A stretch of DNA of 64,000 bases from an uncultured Thermoleophilia bacterium (GTDB taxonomy: Bacteria; Actinomycetota; Thermoleophilia; Gaiellales; Gaiellaceae). The stretch covers positions 541 through 64,540 of the forward strand of contig CAWACA010000009.1 in assembly GCA_963780385.1 (NCBI GenBank). The letters run 5' to 3'. The notes beneath the pieces are model-generated. The model ran no database searches. It saw nothing but the letters and a program-made list of their open reading frames with translations, and was not told the DNA's origin. Of the stretch, positions 53,001 to 64,000 are shown piece by piece; position 1 is the first letter of the stretch, and every line of letters starts with the position of its first letter. A program made the position numbers and the translations under genes.

Positions 53001-56000
53001 CCCGATCGAGCCGGTGATCGAGGACGGGATCGTGCGCAACGCCGCCGGCACGATTCTCGGCGCCGACAACAAGGCCGCCATCGCGGCCATGATCGACGGC
53101 GTGCGCCGCGTGCTGGTCGAAGGCCGAGACCACGCCGGCATCGAGCTCGTCTTCACGACATGCGAGGAGACCGGCTGCCAGGGCGCGGCGGCGTTCGACA
53201 TGTCACGGCTCGCGGCCGAGGCCGGCTTCGTCTACGACCACGCTGCGCCCATCGGCGACGTCGTGATCGCGGCGCCGTACCAGCGGACGATCGACGTGGT
53301 CTTTACCGGCCGCTCCGCGCACGCCGGGATCAACCCGGAGGACGGCCGGTCGGCGATCCAGGCGGCGGCAAGGGCGGTGGCCGACCTCCGTCTGGGCCGT
53401 CTCGACGAGGAGACGACGGCGAACGTGGGCAAGATCACCGGCGGCACGGCCCGGAACGTCGTGCCGGATCGCTGCGAGCTCGTGGCCGAAGCGCGCTCGC
53501 GCGACGAGTCGAAGCTCCTCCCGCTCGTGCAGGAGATGGTCGACGCGTTCGCGTTCGCCGCCTCGGTCACCGACTGCGACGTCGAGACCCAGCTCTCCGG
53601 CATGTACCAGGGCTACCGGCTGCAGGACGGGAACACGGCGCTTCGGCTCGCCCTCGCCGGGCTCGAGCGGGCCGGCTTCCCGCCGCGTCAGGTGGAAGTC
53701 GGGGGCGGCGCGGACGCAAATGTCTTCAACGAGCGCGGCCTGCCATGCGTCGGTCCTGGCCAACGGCATGGCGGCCATCCACAGCCCGGACGAGCACATC
53801 GCGGTCGGCGATCTCGACGCCATGGTCGAGGTCACGCTCGCGCTGGTGGAGGCCGCCGGCGGGGAGTAGGCCGGCTCGGCCGCGGGTGCCGAGGAAGGGC
53901 GAGCGAGCTGTACACCAGGGCGGGCGCGGGCTCGACGTGCGGCTCCCCGGGGAACGGCAGCCAAGCGCCCGCCGCAAGTTGGCACGAAACCGTCCCGAAG
54001 TTGGCACGATTCGCGCGGCACATGTGCGCTCGCAGCGCCTACGGTTCTCGGCGGTTGCCGGTCCCACCCCCCACCCAGAAGGGCGGGGGGCGGGCTTCGT
54101 GTCGAGCCGTGCGCGCCGTCGACCGGCCGGCGCCGGCGCGGCGTGCTCGGGGCTGCCCGCTCCGGGGCGCCCGCAGTCATCGCGCGACGGCACCGGGAGG
54201 AGGGCACGCGTGCTCACGCTGCGGCGCGGCCGGGTGACGGCGATCACGGAGCGGAGGCGCGGCCTCGTCCGGGTCGAGGTCGACTCGCGTCCGTGCATCG
54301 GGTATCCGAGGCTGACCGGGCCGGTCGCGCTCGGCGACGACGTCCTCGTCAACACCCAGGCGGTCGATCTCGGGCTGGGCTCGGGCGGCTTCGACGTGCT
54401 CTACGCCAACCTGACGCGTGGTCTGGGCCTCGCTCCCGACGCCGGGGCTCACGTGATGAAGCTGCCCTACACGCCGCTCCAGACCGCGATCGTCCATGTC
54501 GAGGAAGCCGGCGAGCTGCCGAGCTCGCTCACAGGGCTGCCCGTCGTCTGCGCCACGCTCCACAGTCAGGTCGCCCCGATCTGCGCCGCCATCGGACCCG
54601 GGCGTCGCGTCGCGTACGTCCAGCTCCCCGGCGGCGCGCTGCCCGTGTCCCTCTCGGACACGCTGGCGATCCTCCGTCGGGAGGGTCTCGTCGAGACGGC
54701 GATCGCGGTCGGCGCCTGCATCGAGGGTGACGTTGCGTGCGTCACCGCGGCGGCGGCGCTCGCCTTCGCGGCGCGGGAGGGCTTCGACGTCGCGGTGTGC
54801 AGCATCGGGCCGGGCATCGTCGGAACCGGCTCATCCCTCGGCCACGGCGCGGTCGCCGTCGTCGAGGCGCTCGGCGCGGCCGCGTCCCTCGGCGGCACGC
54901 CGATCCTCGCGCCCCGGGTATCGCTGGCCGACGGCCGGGAGCGACATCGACCGCTCTCGCACCACGTGCAGGCCGTCCTCGCCCTGTGTCCGCCCGGCGT
55001 CACGGTGGCCTGGCCCGCCGGCCTCGACGAGCCCGACCTGGCGGCGGACGTCGAGACCGTCGACGTTGCGGGTTGGCGAGAGGCCTGCGCCGGGCTACCG
55101 CTCGAGTCAATGGGCCGTGGGCCTGACGACGACCCCTGGTTCTTCGCCGCTGCGTACGCGGCCGGAGCCCTGGCCGCAGCTCGTCTGGCATGAGACCGGA
55201 CAGCAAGACAACGGTCTATGAGGGGCGCCGGCTGTCGGTGATCCGGGAGCGCTGGGGGAGTCGCGAGCGTGAGATCGTCGAGGCGCCCGACGTCGTCGCG
55301 GTCGTGGCCGTCGACCGGGAAGGGCTCGTGACGCTCGTTCGCCAGCTACGGGAGGCGGCCCGCCGGCCGCTGCTCGAGCTTCCCGCCGGCATCGTCGAGG
55401 AGGGAGAAGAGCCGCTCGCGACCGCCAGGAGGGAGCTCGCCGAGGAGACCGGCTTGCACGGTGGTCGCTGGCGCGCCGGAGCGAGCTGGTGGTCGACGCC
55501 CGGCTTCTGCCGCGAGCGCGTGCACCTCTTCATCGCCGAGGACGTCGAGCAGGGCGTTGCCGCCCCGACGGACGACGAGCAGATCGAGCTGGAGCGCTGG
55601 CCTCTCGCGGACGTGCAGGACCGGCTCGGCGAGCTCGAGGACGCCAAGACGATCGTCGGCCTGCTGCTGTACTTGTCTGAGGTGGCCTAGGCCGCCCCGC
55701 ATCCGCGGGAGCGAAGGCCGGCAGCTACCCTTCCGCGGCGTGAGAGTCGGCGTCGTCACGGAGCTCAAGGCCGACGAATACCGCGTCGCGCTCACGCCCG
55801 CAGGGGCGCGCGAGCTCATCGAGCATGGTCACAGCGTCCTCGTCGAGGCCGGTGCCGGCAAGGGGAGCGCCTTTCCCGACCGCGCGTACGAGACGGTGGG
55901 GGCACGGGTCTGTCCCGGAAAGGAAGTCTGGGAGACCGCCGAGCTGCTGCTCAAGGTCAAGGAGCCGCTGCCGGAGGAATACGGTCTGCTCCGGCCCGAC

Positions 56001-59000
56001 CTGATCCTGTTCACCTACCTGCATCTCGCGGCGGACCCGACGCTCACCCGCGCGCTGATCGACAGCGGCGCGACGTGCATCGCCTACGAGACGGTGCAGA
56101 CCGAGGACGGGAAGCTGCCGCTGCTCGCGCCGATGAGCGAAGTCGCGGGAAGGCTCGCGACGCAGATGGGCTCGTGGGCGCTCGAGAAATCGCAGGGAGG
56201 CCGCGGGATCCTGCTCGGCGGGGTTCCCGGCGTGGCGCCGGCGCGTGTCATCGTGCTCGGCGGAGGAATCGTCGGCTACAACGCCGCGCTGATCGCCGTC
56301 GGCATGCAGGCCGACGTCTGGGTGCTCGACCGCTCCGTCGACCGCATGCGGGACCTCGAGATGATGCTGGACGGCCGCATCACGCTGGCGATGTCGAACC
56401 GGCTGCAGATCGAGGAGGTCATCCCCTCGGCCGATCTGGTCATCGGCGCCGTCCTGATCCCCGGCGCGCGCGCGCCGAAGCTCGTCACCCGCGACATGCT
56501 CGGCTCGATGAAGCCCGGCGCGGTGCTCGTCGACGTCTCGATCGACCAGGGCGGCTGCTTCGAGACCTCGCATCCGACGACCCACTCCGACCCCGTCTAC
56601 GAGGTCGACGGCGATCGTTCACTACTGCGTGGCGAACATGCCGGGCGCCGTGCCCATCACGTCGACGATCTCGCTCACGAACGTGACGCTCCCGTACGTC
56701 GAGGCGATTGCGGATCACGGCCTCGAGGAGACGGTGACCCGGAACGCGGCGCTCGCTCGGGGCGTCAACGTGGTCGCCGGGAAGCTGACCTACGCCGCGG
56801 TGGCAGACGCGCACGGCCTGCCTTACACGTCGCTCGAGGACGCGCTGCCGCCCGCGCGCGCCTAGGTTCGCGGCGCGCTCTGCTCGCCCGACGACTTTCC
56901 GGCCGGGACCGCCTCCTCCTTGCCGGGGAAGATCTTGATCACCGCATAGGTGATCGCGCCCGCGAGGCTCGTGACAGCCAGGATCCACGCGATGAGCTCG
57001 AGAATGCCGATGAGCGTGTCCACGCGCTCCATAGAATAGCTCGATGCCCCGCGCGTGCGTGATCGTCCTCGATGCCGTCGGCGCCGGCGAGCTGCCGGAC
57101 GCGGGCGATTACGGCGACGAAGGCTCGAACACGCTCGGCAACGTGGCCAGGGCCGTCGGCGGCCTCGACCTGCCGAGCCTCGAGGCCCTCGGGCTCGGCA
57201 ACGTCGCGCCCCTCGAGGGTTGCCCGCCGCAACCGGGGGCCCCCGCCATTGCCGGGCGGCTGCTCGAGCGCTCGAAGGGGAAAGGACACGATCAGCGGCC
57301 ACTGGGAGCTCATGGGGATCGTCTCCGCGCAGGCGATGCCGACGTACTCGCACGGGTTCCCGTTTGCGATCGTCGAGGATTTCGCGCACCGAACGGGCCG
57401 GGGAGTGCTCGGAAACGTTCCGGCGTCCGGTACCGAGATCATTCAGGAGCTCGGCGAAGAGCATCAGGCGACCGGCAAGTGGATCGTCTACACGTCGGCC
57501 GACTCCGTCTTCCAGCTTGCGGCCCACGTCGACACGATCCCGCTCGACGAGCTCTACCGCGCGTGCGAGATCGCGCGCGAGATTCTGAAGGGCCCGAATG
57601 CCGTCGGCCGGGTGATCGCGCGCCCGTTCACCGGCGAGCCGGGCAACTACGTGCGCACGCCCGACCGCCGCGACTGGGCCCTCGAGCCCAGGCGACCCAA
57701 CTACCTGACGCCTCATGCGCGATGCCGGGCAACCGGTCTACGGCGTCGGCAAGATCCCGGACATCTTCGCGGGCCTCGACATCGACGAGGCGTTCCTGAC
57801 GAAGTCGAACCTCGAAGGGATCGCGAAGACCGAGGAGCTCCTCCAGCAGATCGAGTCCGGGTTCGTCTTCACGAACCTCGTGGAGACCGACATGCTGTGG
57901 GGTCACCGAAACGACCCGGAGAACTTCCATCGCTGCCTGCAGGACTTCGACCGGCGGCTTCCCGACCTGCTTGCGGCGCTGCGTCCCGGAGACCTCCTCG
58001 TGCTGACCTCGGACCACGGCTGCGATCCGACGACTCCGTCGACCGATCATTCCCGTGAGTACGGGCTGCTCCTGGCCTACGTCGAGGGCCGCAACGCCGC
58101 CGGGCGGATCCACGAGGGCGAGTTCGGCGACGTCGGTGCGACCGCGAACCGCTGGCTCGGCGGCAAGGCGCCTTCACGCCGGGTGGCGGGCCAGCCCTTC
58201 CTCGAGCCCTGACGGTGCTCCGAGCCGCTGAGCTCATCGAGCGCAAGCGGGACGGCGACGAGCTCGACCCCGACGAGATCGCCGCGCTCGTGCTTGCATA
58301 CGCGCGCGGGGAGGTGCCCGACGAGCAGATGGCCGCCTTCTGCATGGCGGTCTACTTCCGGGGGCTTTCGTCAGCGGAGACCTATGCGCTCACCGACGCG
58401 ATGATTCGCAGCGGCGAGACGGTCGACCTGTCGCCGGTCGGGGAGCTCTGCGTGGACAAGCACTCGACGGGAGGCGTCGGCGACAAGACCTCCATCGCGC
58501 TCGGCCCGATCGTGAGCGCGTGCGGCGTGCCGTTCGCGAAGATGAGCGGCCGCGGGCTCGGCCATACCGGCGGGACGCTCGACAAGCTCGAGTCGATCCC
58601 CGGCTTTCGCGTCGAGCTCGATCGCGACGAGTTCGTGCGCCAGGTCGGTAGCACCGGGCTGGCGATCATCGGGCAGACGGACGACCTCGTCCCGGCCGAC
58701 AAGCGGCTCTACGCGCTGCGCGACGTCACGGCCACGGTCGAGGAGGTGTCGCTGATCGCGGCCAGCATCATGTCGAAGAAGCTCGCCGCCGGCGCGGACG
58801 CCATGCTCCTCGACGTCAAGGTCGGCGAGGGCGCGTTCATGAAGACGCGCGAGCGGGCGCAGGCGCTCGCCGAGAGCATGCTCGAGCTGGGCCTGCGCGC
58901 GGGCCGGCGCGTCGTGTGCGAGGTCACGGCGATGGACGAGCCGCTCGGCTCGGCCGTCGGGAACGCCGTCGAGGTCCGCGAGGCGCTCGCCACGCTGCGG

Positions 59001-62000
59001 GGCGACGGCCCGGGCGACTTCACGGAGCTCGTTCTGCGCTCCGCGAGCCAGTTGCTCGTCCTCTCGGCATCCGATGTCGACGAGGCGGAGGGCCGGCGGC
59101 GCGCCGAGCACGCGATTACCTCGGGGGCGGCCGTCGAGGCCTACGAGCGCTGGGTCGCGGCGCAGGGCGGCGATCCCGACGAGCGGGCGCTGCCGCAGGC
59201 TCCGGTGATGCGCACCGTTGTGTCCGACCGCGACGGTTTCGTCACCCGGCTCAGCGCGCTCGGCATCGGCCGCGCGGCGGCTCATCTCGGAGCCGGCCGG
59301 CTGCGCAAGGACGATTCCGTCGACCACGCGACGGGTGTCCTGTGCTTCGCCAAGCGCGGCGCCTCGGTCACAGTCGGACAGCCGCTCGCGGAGGTGCACG
59401 CCCGCGACGAGCCGGCAGCGGAGGCGGCGATCGCCGAGGTTGCCGCGTGCTACTCGATCGGCTCCGAGCCGCCCGAGCCCGCACCCCTCGTGCTCGAGGT
59501 GCTGAGCTAGAGCCTCGACGCGCTCACGCGCAGGTCGCTCGTCCGCGCGGCGGCCGGAGCGTGCGCGGCATCACCCCGCTCGGCGGCCGGCGCTCTTGCC
59601 GCGACGGCCACGCGGCCGCGTGCCGACGCCCCGTACGGCGCCCCGAGCCGCTGGCGCTAGGCTTGGCTGGTGCCGGAGCTCCCCGAGGTCGAGACGATTC
59701 GTTCCCGGCTCGAGCCGGCGCTGAAGGGGAAGACGCTCGAGTCGGTGACGATCCTCGACCCGCGCCTGACGGCCCCTCTCCCGCCGGCGCCTCTTGCGGC
59801 AACGCTGGTGGGGGAGCGGGTCCTCGATGTCCGTCGCCGAGGGAAGTATTTGGTTTTCGATCTCTCGAGCGGACGCCACCTCCTCGTGCATCTCCGGATG
59901 ACCGGAGGGTTTCTGCTCGGTGCGAACGGAACGCTCGAGGCACGATCCGTATCGTCGAGCCGTTGTCAGATTAGACGACGGATCGGATGTCGTCTATCGC
60001 GACGTCAGGCGATTCGGCACCTGGCTGCTTCTCGAGGACGACGAGCTCGAGCCGTACCTCGCACAGCGGCTCGGCGCGGAGCCGCTCGCGCGGCAGTTCA
60101 CGCCGAGCCGACTCGGTCGGGCCCTTGCGGGCCGGCGCGCTCCGATCAAGTCGGTGCTGCTCGACCAGCGAACCGTCGCCGGCGTCGGGAACATCTACGC
60201 GGACGAGGCGCTGTGGCGCGCGCGCGTGCATCCGCTGCGACCCGCCGGCGAGCTCGCCGAGCCCGAGGTGCGAGCGCTGCACCGGGCGCTGCGCGCGGTG
60301 CTTCGGACGGGCCTGGCACGGCAGGGTGCCACGCTCCGAGACTACCGCGACCCCGAGGGCCGGACGGGGTCGATGCAGGACGAGTTCCAGGTCTACGGCC
60401 GGGGCGGAGAGCCGTGCCGGCGGTGCCGGGCTCCGATCGCGACGGCTGCGCATCGCCGGCCGAAGCTCGTGGTTCTGCCCTTCGTGCCAGCCGGCTCCCG
60501 GATGAGACGGGCGGTGGGGAACGGCGCATGAGCCTCTTCCTCCCGGAGGGAGTGCTCGTGGGCAGCGTCACCGACCGCGACGGGTGGACGGGCTGCACGG
60601 TGATCCTCTGCCCCGAAGGAAGCGTCGCGGCCTGCGAGGTGCGCGGCGGCGGCCCCGGCACCCGCGAGAGCGACCTGCTCTCGCCCGCGGCCAGCGCGCC
60701 GGGCGCCAACGCGATCGTGCTCACAGGCGGCAGCGCCTACGGCCTGGCGGCGGCCGACGGCGTCGTCGGCTGGCTCGCCGAGCAGGGAATCGGATTCCGC
60801 ACCCGTGCGGGGATCGTCCCGCTGGTCGCGGGCGCGGTTGTCTTCGACCTCGCGCTCGGCGACCCCGGGACACGCCCGGGGCCTGAGGAGGGCTACGCAG
60901 CCTGCACCGCCGCCTCGCGTGACCTGGAGCGCGGGACCGTCGGAGCCGGAACCGGCTGCACCGTCGGAAAGCTCCTCGGCCCGGCCTGTTGGACGAAGGG
61001 AGGGCTCGGCTTCGCGGGTCGAACGCTCGCGGGCGGCGGCAAGGTGGCGGCCCTCGCAGCCGTCAATGCGTTCGGCGAGGTCGTCGCGGAGGACGGCGCG
61101 ATCCTCGCGGGCGTCTGGGGCGAGGGCGGGTACAGACGGACGGTCGACCTGCTCGCCGCGGGCGAGTCGCCGCTCCGCCCGTGGCGGGAGTCGACCACGC
61201 TCGTCTGCGTCCTCACCGATGCCGACTTGACGAAGACCCAGGCGTGGCTCGTCGCCCGCGCGGCCAGCGCCGGTGTGGCGCGCGCCGTGGACCCGGCGGC
61301 GACGGCGGTCGACGGGGACGTCGTCTACTGCGTCGCGACGGGCCGTATCGAGCTCGACCCGCTCACGGTGGCCGCCGTGGCCGCCGATGTCGCAGCCGCG
61401 GCGATCCGGGATGCCGTCCTGCAGGCGACCGGCGCGCCCGGCTGCCCGGCAGCCGCGAGAGCGGGCAAGCTAGGGGTCTCATGCGCGTCGCAGCTCTCTC
61501 CGATGTCCACGGGAACCTGGCGGCGCTCGATGCCGTGCTGGCAGATGTCGTCGAGGCCGGAGTCGACACCGTCGTGTTCACCGGCGACGTCGCGCTCGGC
61601 CCGTTCCCGGACGCAACGCTCGAGCGCCTCATGGAGCTCGGCCTGCCCGCGCGGTTCGTGCGCGGAAACTGCGACCGCGAGCTGGTCGCGGCGTTCGACG
61701 CGACTCCGGTGGAGGCGTCGCTTCACGACGCGTCGTGGGAGGCCGCCGTTGCCTGGGCGGCGGGCCGCATGTCTGCCGAGCAGCGCAATTTTCTCGCGCG
61801 GTTCGAGCCGAGTTTCACGCTGACCGTCGACGGTCTCGGCCCGACCCTCTTCTGCCACGCCACGCCCCGCAGTGACGAGGAGATCGTCACGCCCCTGACA
61901 CCGCCGGCGGTGCTCGAGCCGATACTCGACGGCGTTCCTGAGGCGACGGTCGTCGTCGGCCACACGCACACGCAGTTCGACCTCGCGGTCGGCCGCACGC

Positions 62001-64000
62001 GGCTGGTGAACCCGGGCAGCGTCGGCATGCCGAACGCGGATGCGCCCGGTGCCTACTGGGCGGTGCTCGGGCCGGACGTGATGATGCGCCGGACGCGAGT
62101 ACGACGTCGCCGCTGCGGCCGAAGCGATCGACGCCAGCGGCTTCCCCATCCCGCGCTTCGGCGAGGAACACGTGCTGACCGTGCCCGGCGCCGCGGAGGC
62201 GCAGGCGCGATTCGAGCAGATGGGCGCCGAGCGGCGCTCCCGGAGCTGACCGGGCCGCGTCGAGGTCGGCCCGTCGCTCCCGCACCCGGCGCCGAACAGG
62301 CGGTCACTCGAGCGCGCGGAGGCGACGCAGTTCCGGCATGCCGACGGCGACGTCGAAGTAGCGGGCGATGAGCGCGTCGTCTGCCCGCTCGTCGGCGGCG
62401 AATCGCCGGAAGACCGGCTCGGACGGCCGGCCCTCGACCATCACGACGACGTCTCGATCGTCGGCGTCGAGGAGGATCCGGCACGCCTGCATCCGCCGCG
62501 CAGGGCCCGCGGCACGCTCTCGCGGCAAAGCTCGACGAGGTCGTTGCGCCTGCCCGGAGCGGCGCGCATCTCGACGACGCACGTGAGCTCGCCGTCGCCC
62601 TCGCCGCGATTGCCCCGAGGGCCGGTCATCGCCGGGAGCGTACGCCTCGTGGCGGGGTGCCCACTTCGCTCATCTCTACACTGGCCGCGTGGGGTCGCGG
62701 ACGTATCGGACTGAGGCCGTCGTCCTGCGCTCGCTCCGGTTCGGCGAGGCCGACCGCATCCTCCACCTCTTCACGAAGGACCGGGGGCGGGTCGGCGCCA
62801 TCGCGAAAGGGGCGAGACGGGCCCGGTCGCGCTTCGGCGGGCGGCTCGAACCGTTCAGCCGCGTCGACGTGCATCTGCACGAGGGCCGCGGAGAGCTGGC
62901 CACCGTCACGGGCGTCGATCTGCTTCGGTCGCACCAGTCGCTGGCATCCGACACCTATGCGCTCGGGGTCGGGTCGATCGGGCTCGAGGCGATGCTCCGG
63001 CTGTTCGTGGAGCACGACGCCAACCCGCGTGCGTACCACGCGCTCGCTCGGTTTCTCGAGCTGCTCGACGGCGGTATCCCCGGCGCCGCCCGTGCGAGCG
63101 AGCCGGCTCTCGACCCGCTCGTGCTCGGCTTCCAGCTCAAGCTGTTGTGGGTCGCCGGCTACCTGCCGCACCTGGCGAGCTGTGCCGAGTGCGGCGCGGA
63201 GGAGCCACTCGTGGCGTTCTCGGCCGCGCAGGGCGGGGGAGTCTGCCGCCGCTGCGGTGCGGACGCCATCCCGCTCTCGGCGTCGGGCTTTCTCGCGATC
63301 CGAGGGCTGCTGGAGCGGCCGTTGGCGGGCTCCTACGAGATCGACCTCGGCGACAGGGGAGCACGCGAGACCCTCCGGGTGATCGAAGGCTCTCTACGAG
63401 TACCACGGCGGCTTCCGGCTGCGGACGCTCGCCGCCGGCTGACCCATGAACCGGACGCCGCGCGCTCGAGATCGCCCTGGCCGTCGCCGTCGCGGTCGCC
63501 TTCGCCGACTCGTCGATCGTCGTGCTCGCGCTGCCCGAGCTGTACGTCGATCTGGACACCTCCATCGTCGGCATCTCGTGGGTCATCACCGCGTACAACC
63601 TCGTTGTCCTCATCACGACGCTGGCGCTGCTGCCGTTCGTGCGGCGATTGCGACCGGCGCCGCTCGTGCTCGCCGGCCTGGTCGTGTTCCTGGCCGCCTC
63701 GATCACGTGCGGCTTCGCAAACAGCCTCACGGTGCTCATCGCCGCCCGGGCGGTGCAGGGCTTCGGCGGAGCCCTGATGCTGGCCGGTTCGCTGCCGCTC
63801 CTCGCAGGCCTCGCAGGCTCCACGAAGCGCGGAATCGCGATCTGGGCGACGGCCGGAACGGTCGGGGCGACCTTCGGGCCGGCCCTCGGAGGGCTGCTCA
63901 CCGAGGTGTTCTCCTGGCGGGCGATCTTCTTCGTGCAGGCGCCGCTGGCGGCGCTCGCGATCGTCGCGGCGCTCGTCCCGCACCGGCCGATTCCGGAGCC

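Overview
This 64-kb window is a very GC-rich stretch of chromosome that looks actinobacterial. The gene orders alaS-ruvX-mltG-aroE-aroC-aroK/B-aroQ-peptidase-efp-nusB and tlyA-nadK-recN-steA-mctB-like-pyrG match what I recall for Mycobacterium and relatives.

Layout:
- 1-12 kb: one minus-strand surface-glycan (EPS/O-antigen-like) operon of about 12 genes. It encodes a Wzz/BY-kinase, an embedded LuxR-type response regulator, a priming sugar transferase, a PssD/PssE pair, a GT2, Wzy, Wzx, a sulfotransferase and an O-antigen-ligase/TPR protein. An ECF sigma gene follows and runs off the left edge.
- 12-21 kb: lysR, a small Cys-containing ORF, isocitrate lyase, a UDG-family gene, then a histidine-utilisation cluster (ftcD-like, hutH, a divergent hisD paralogue, hutU).
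- 21-64 kb: mostly housekeeping genes. These include hisS, aspS, mnmA, alaS, the shikimate genes, efp, nusB, a polyprenyl synthase, recN, pyrG, ald, deoB/deoA, mutM and recO.

I recognised no rRNA, tRNA, CRISPR array, transposase, integrase or phage genes.

The most striking property is technical or evolutionary. About 45 reading-frame breaks interrupt otherwise excellent protein matches in about 35 genes, including essential ones. This most likely reflects indel error in the assembly. All spans given for such genes are reconstructed across frames.

I did not find convincing evidence for a new defence-type system. The items most worth a second look are:
- a catalytically dead carboxyltransferase fused to an intact BCCP between efp and nusB;
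- a regulator pair embedded in the glycan operon, together with a sulfotransferase;
- a 58-codon Cys-motif ORF ahead of isocitrate lyase;
- a divergent HisD paralogue in a hut cluster with no hutI in the window;
- an LTD-cadherin-RTX secreted protein plus a 22-codon hydrophobic mini-ORF inserted between alaS and ruvX;
- about 20 leaderless-type promoters;
- a 12-bp direct repeat pair upstream of a DUF3866-NUDIX pair.
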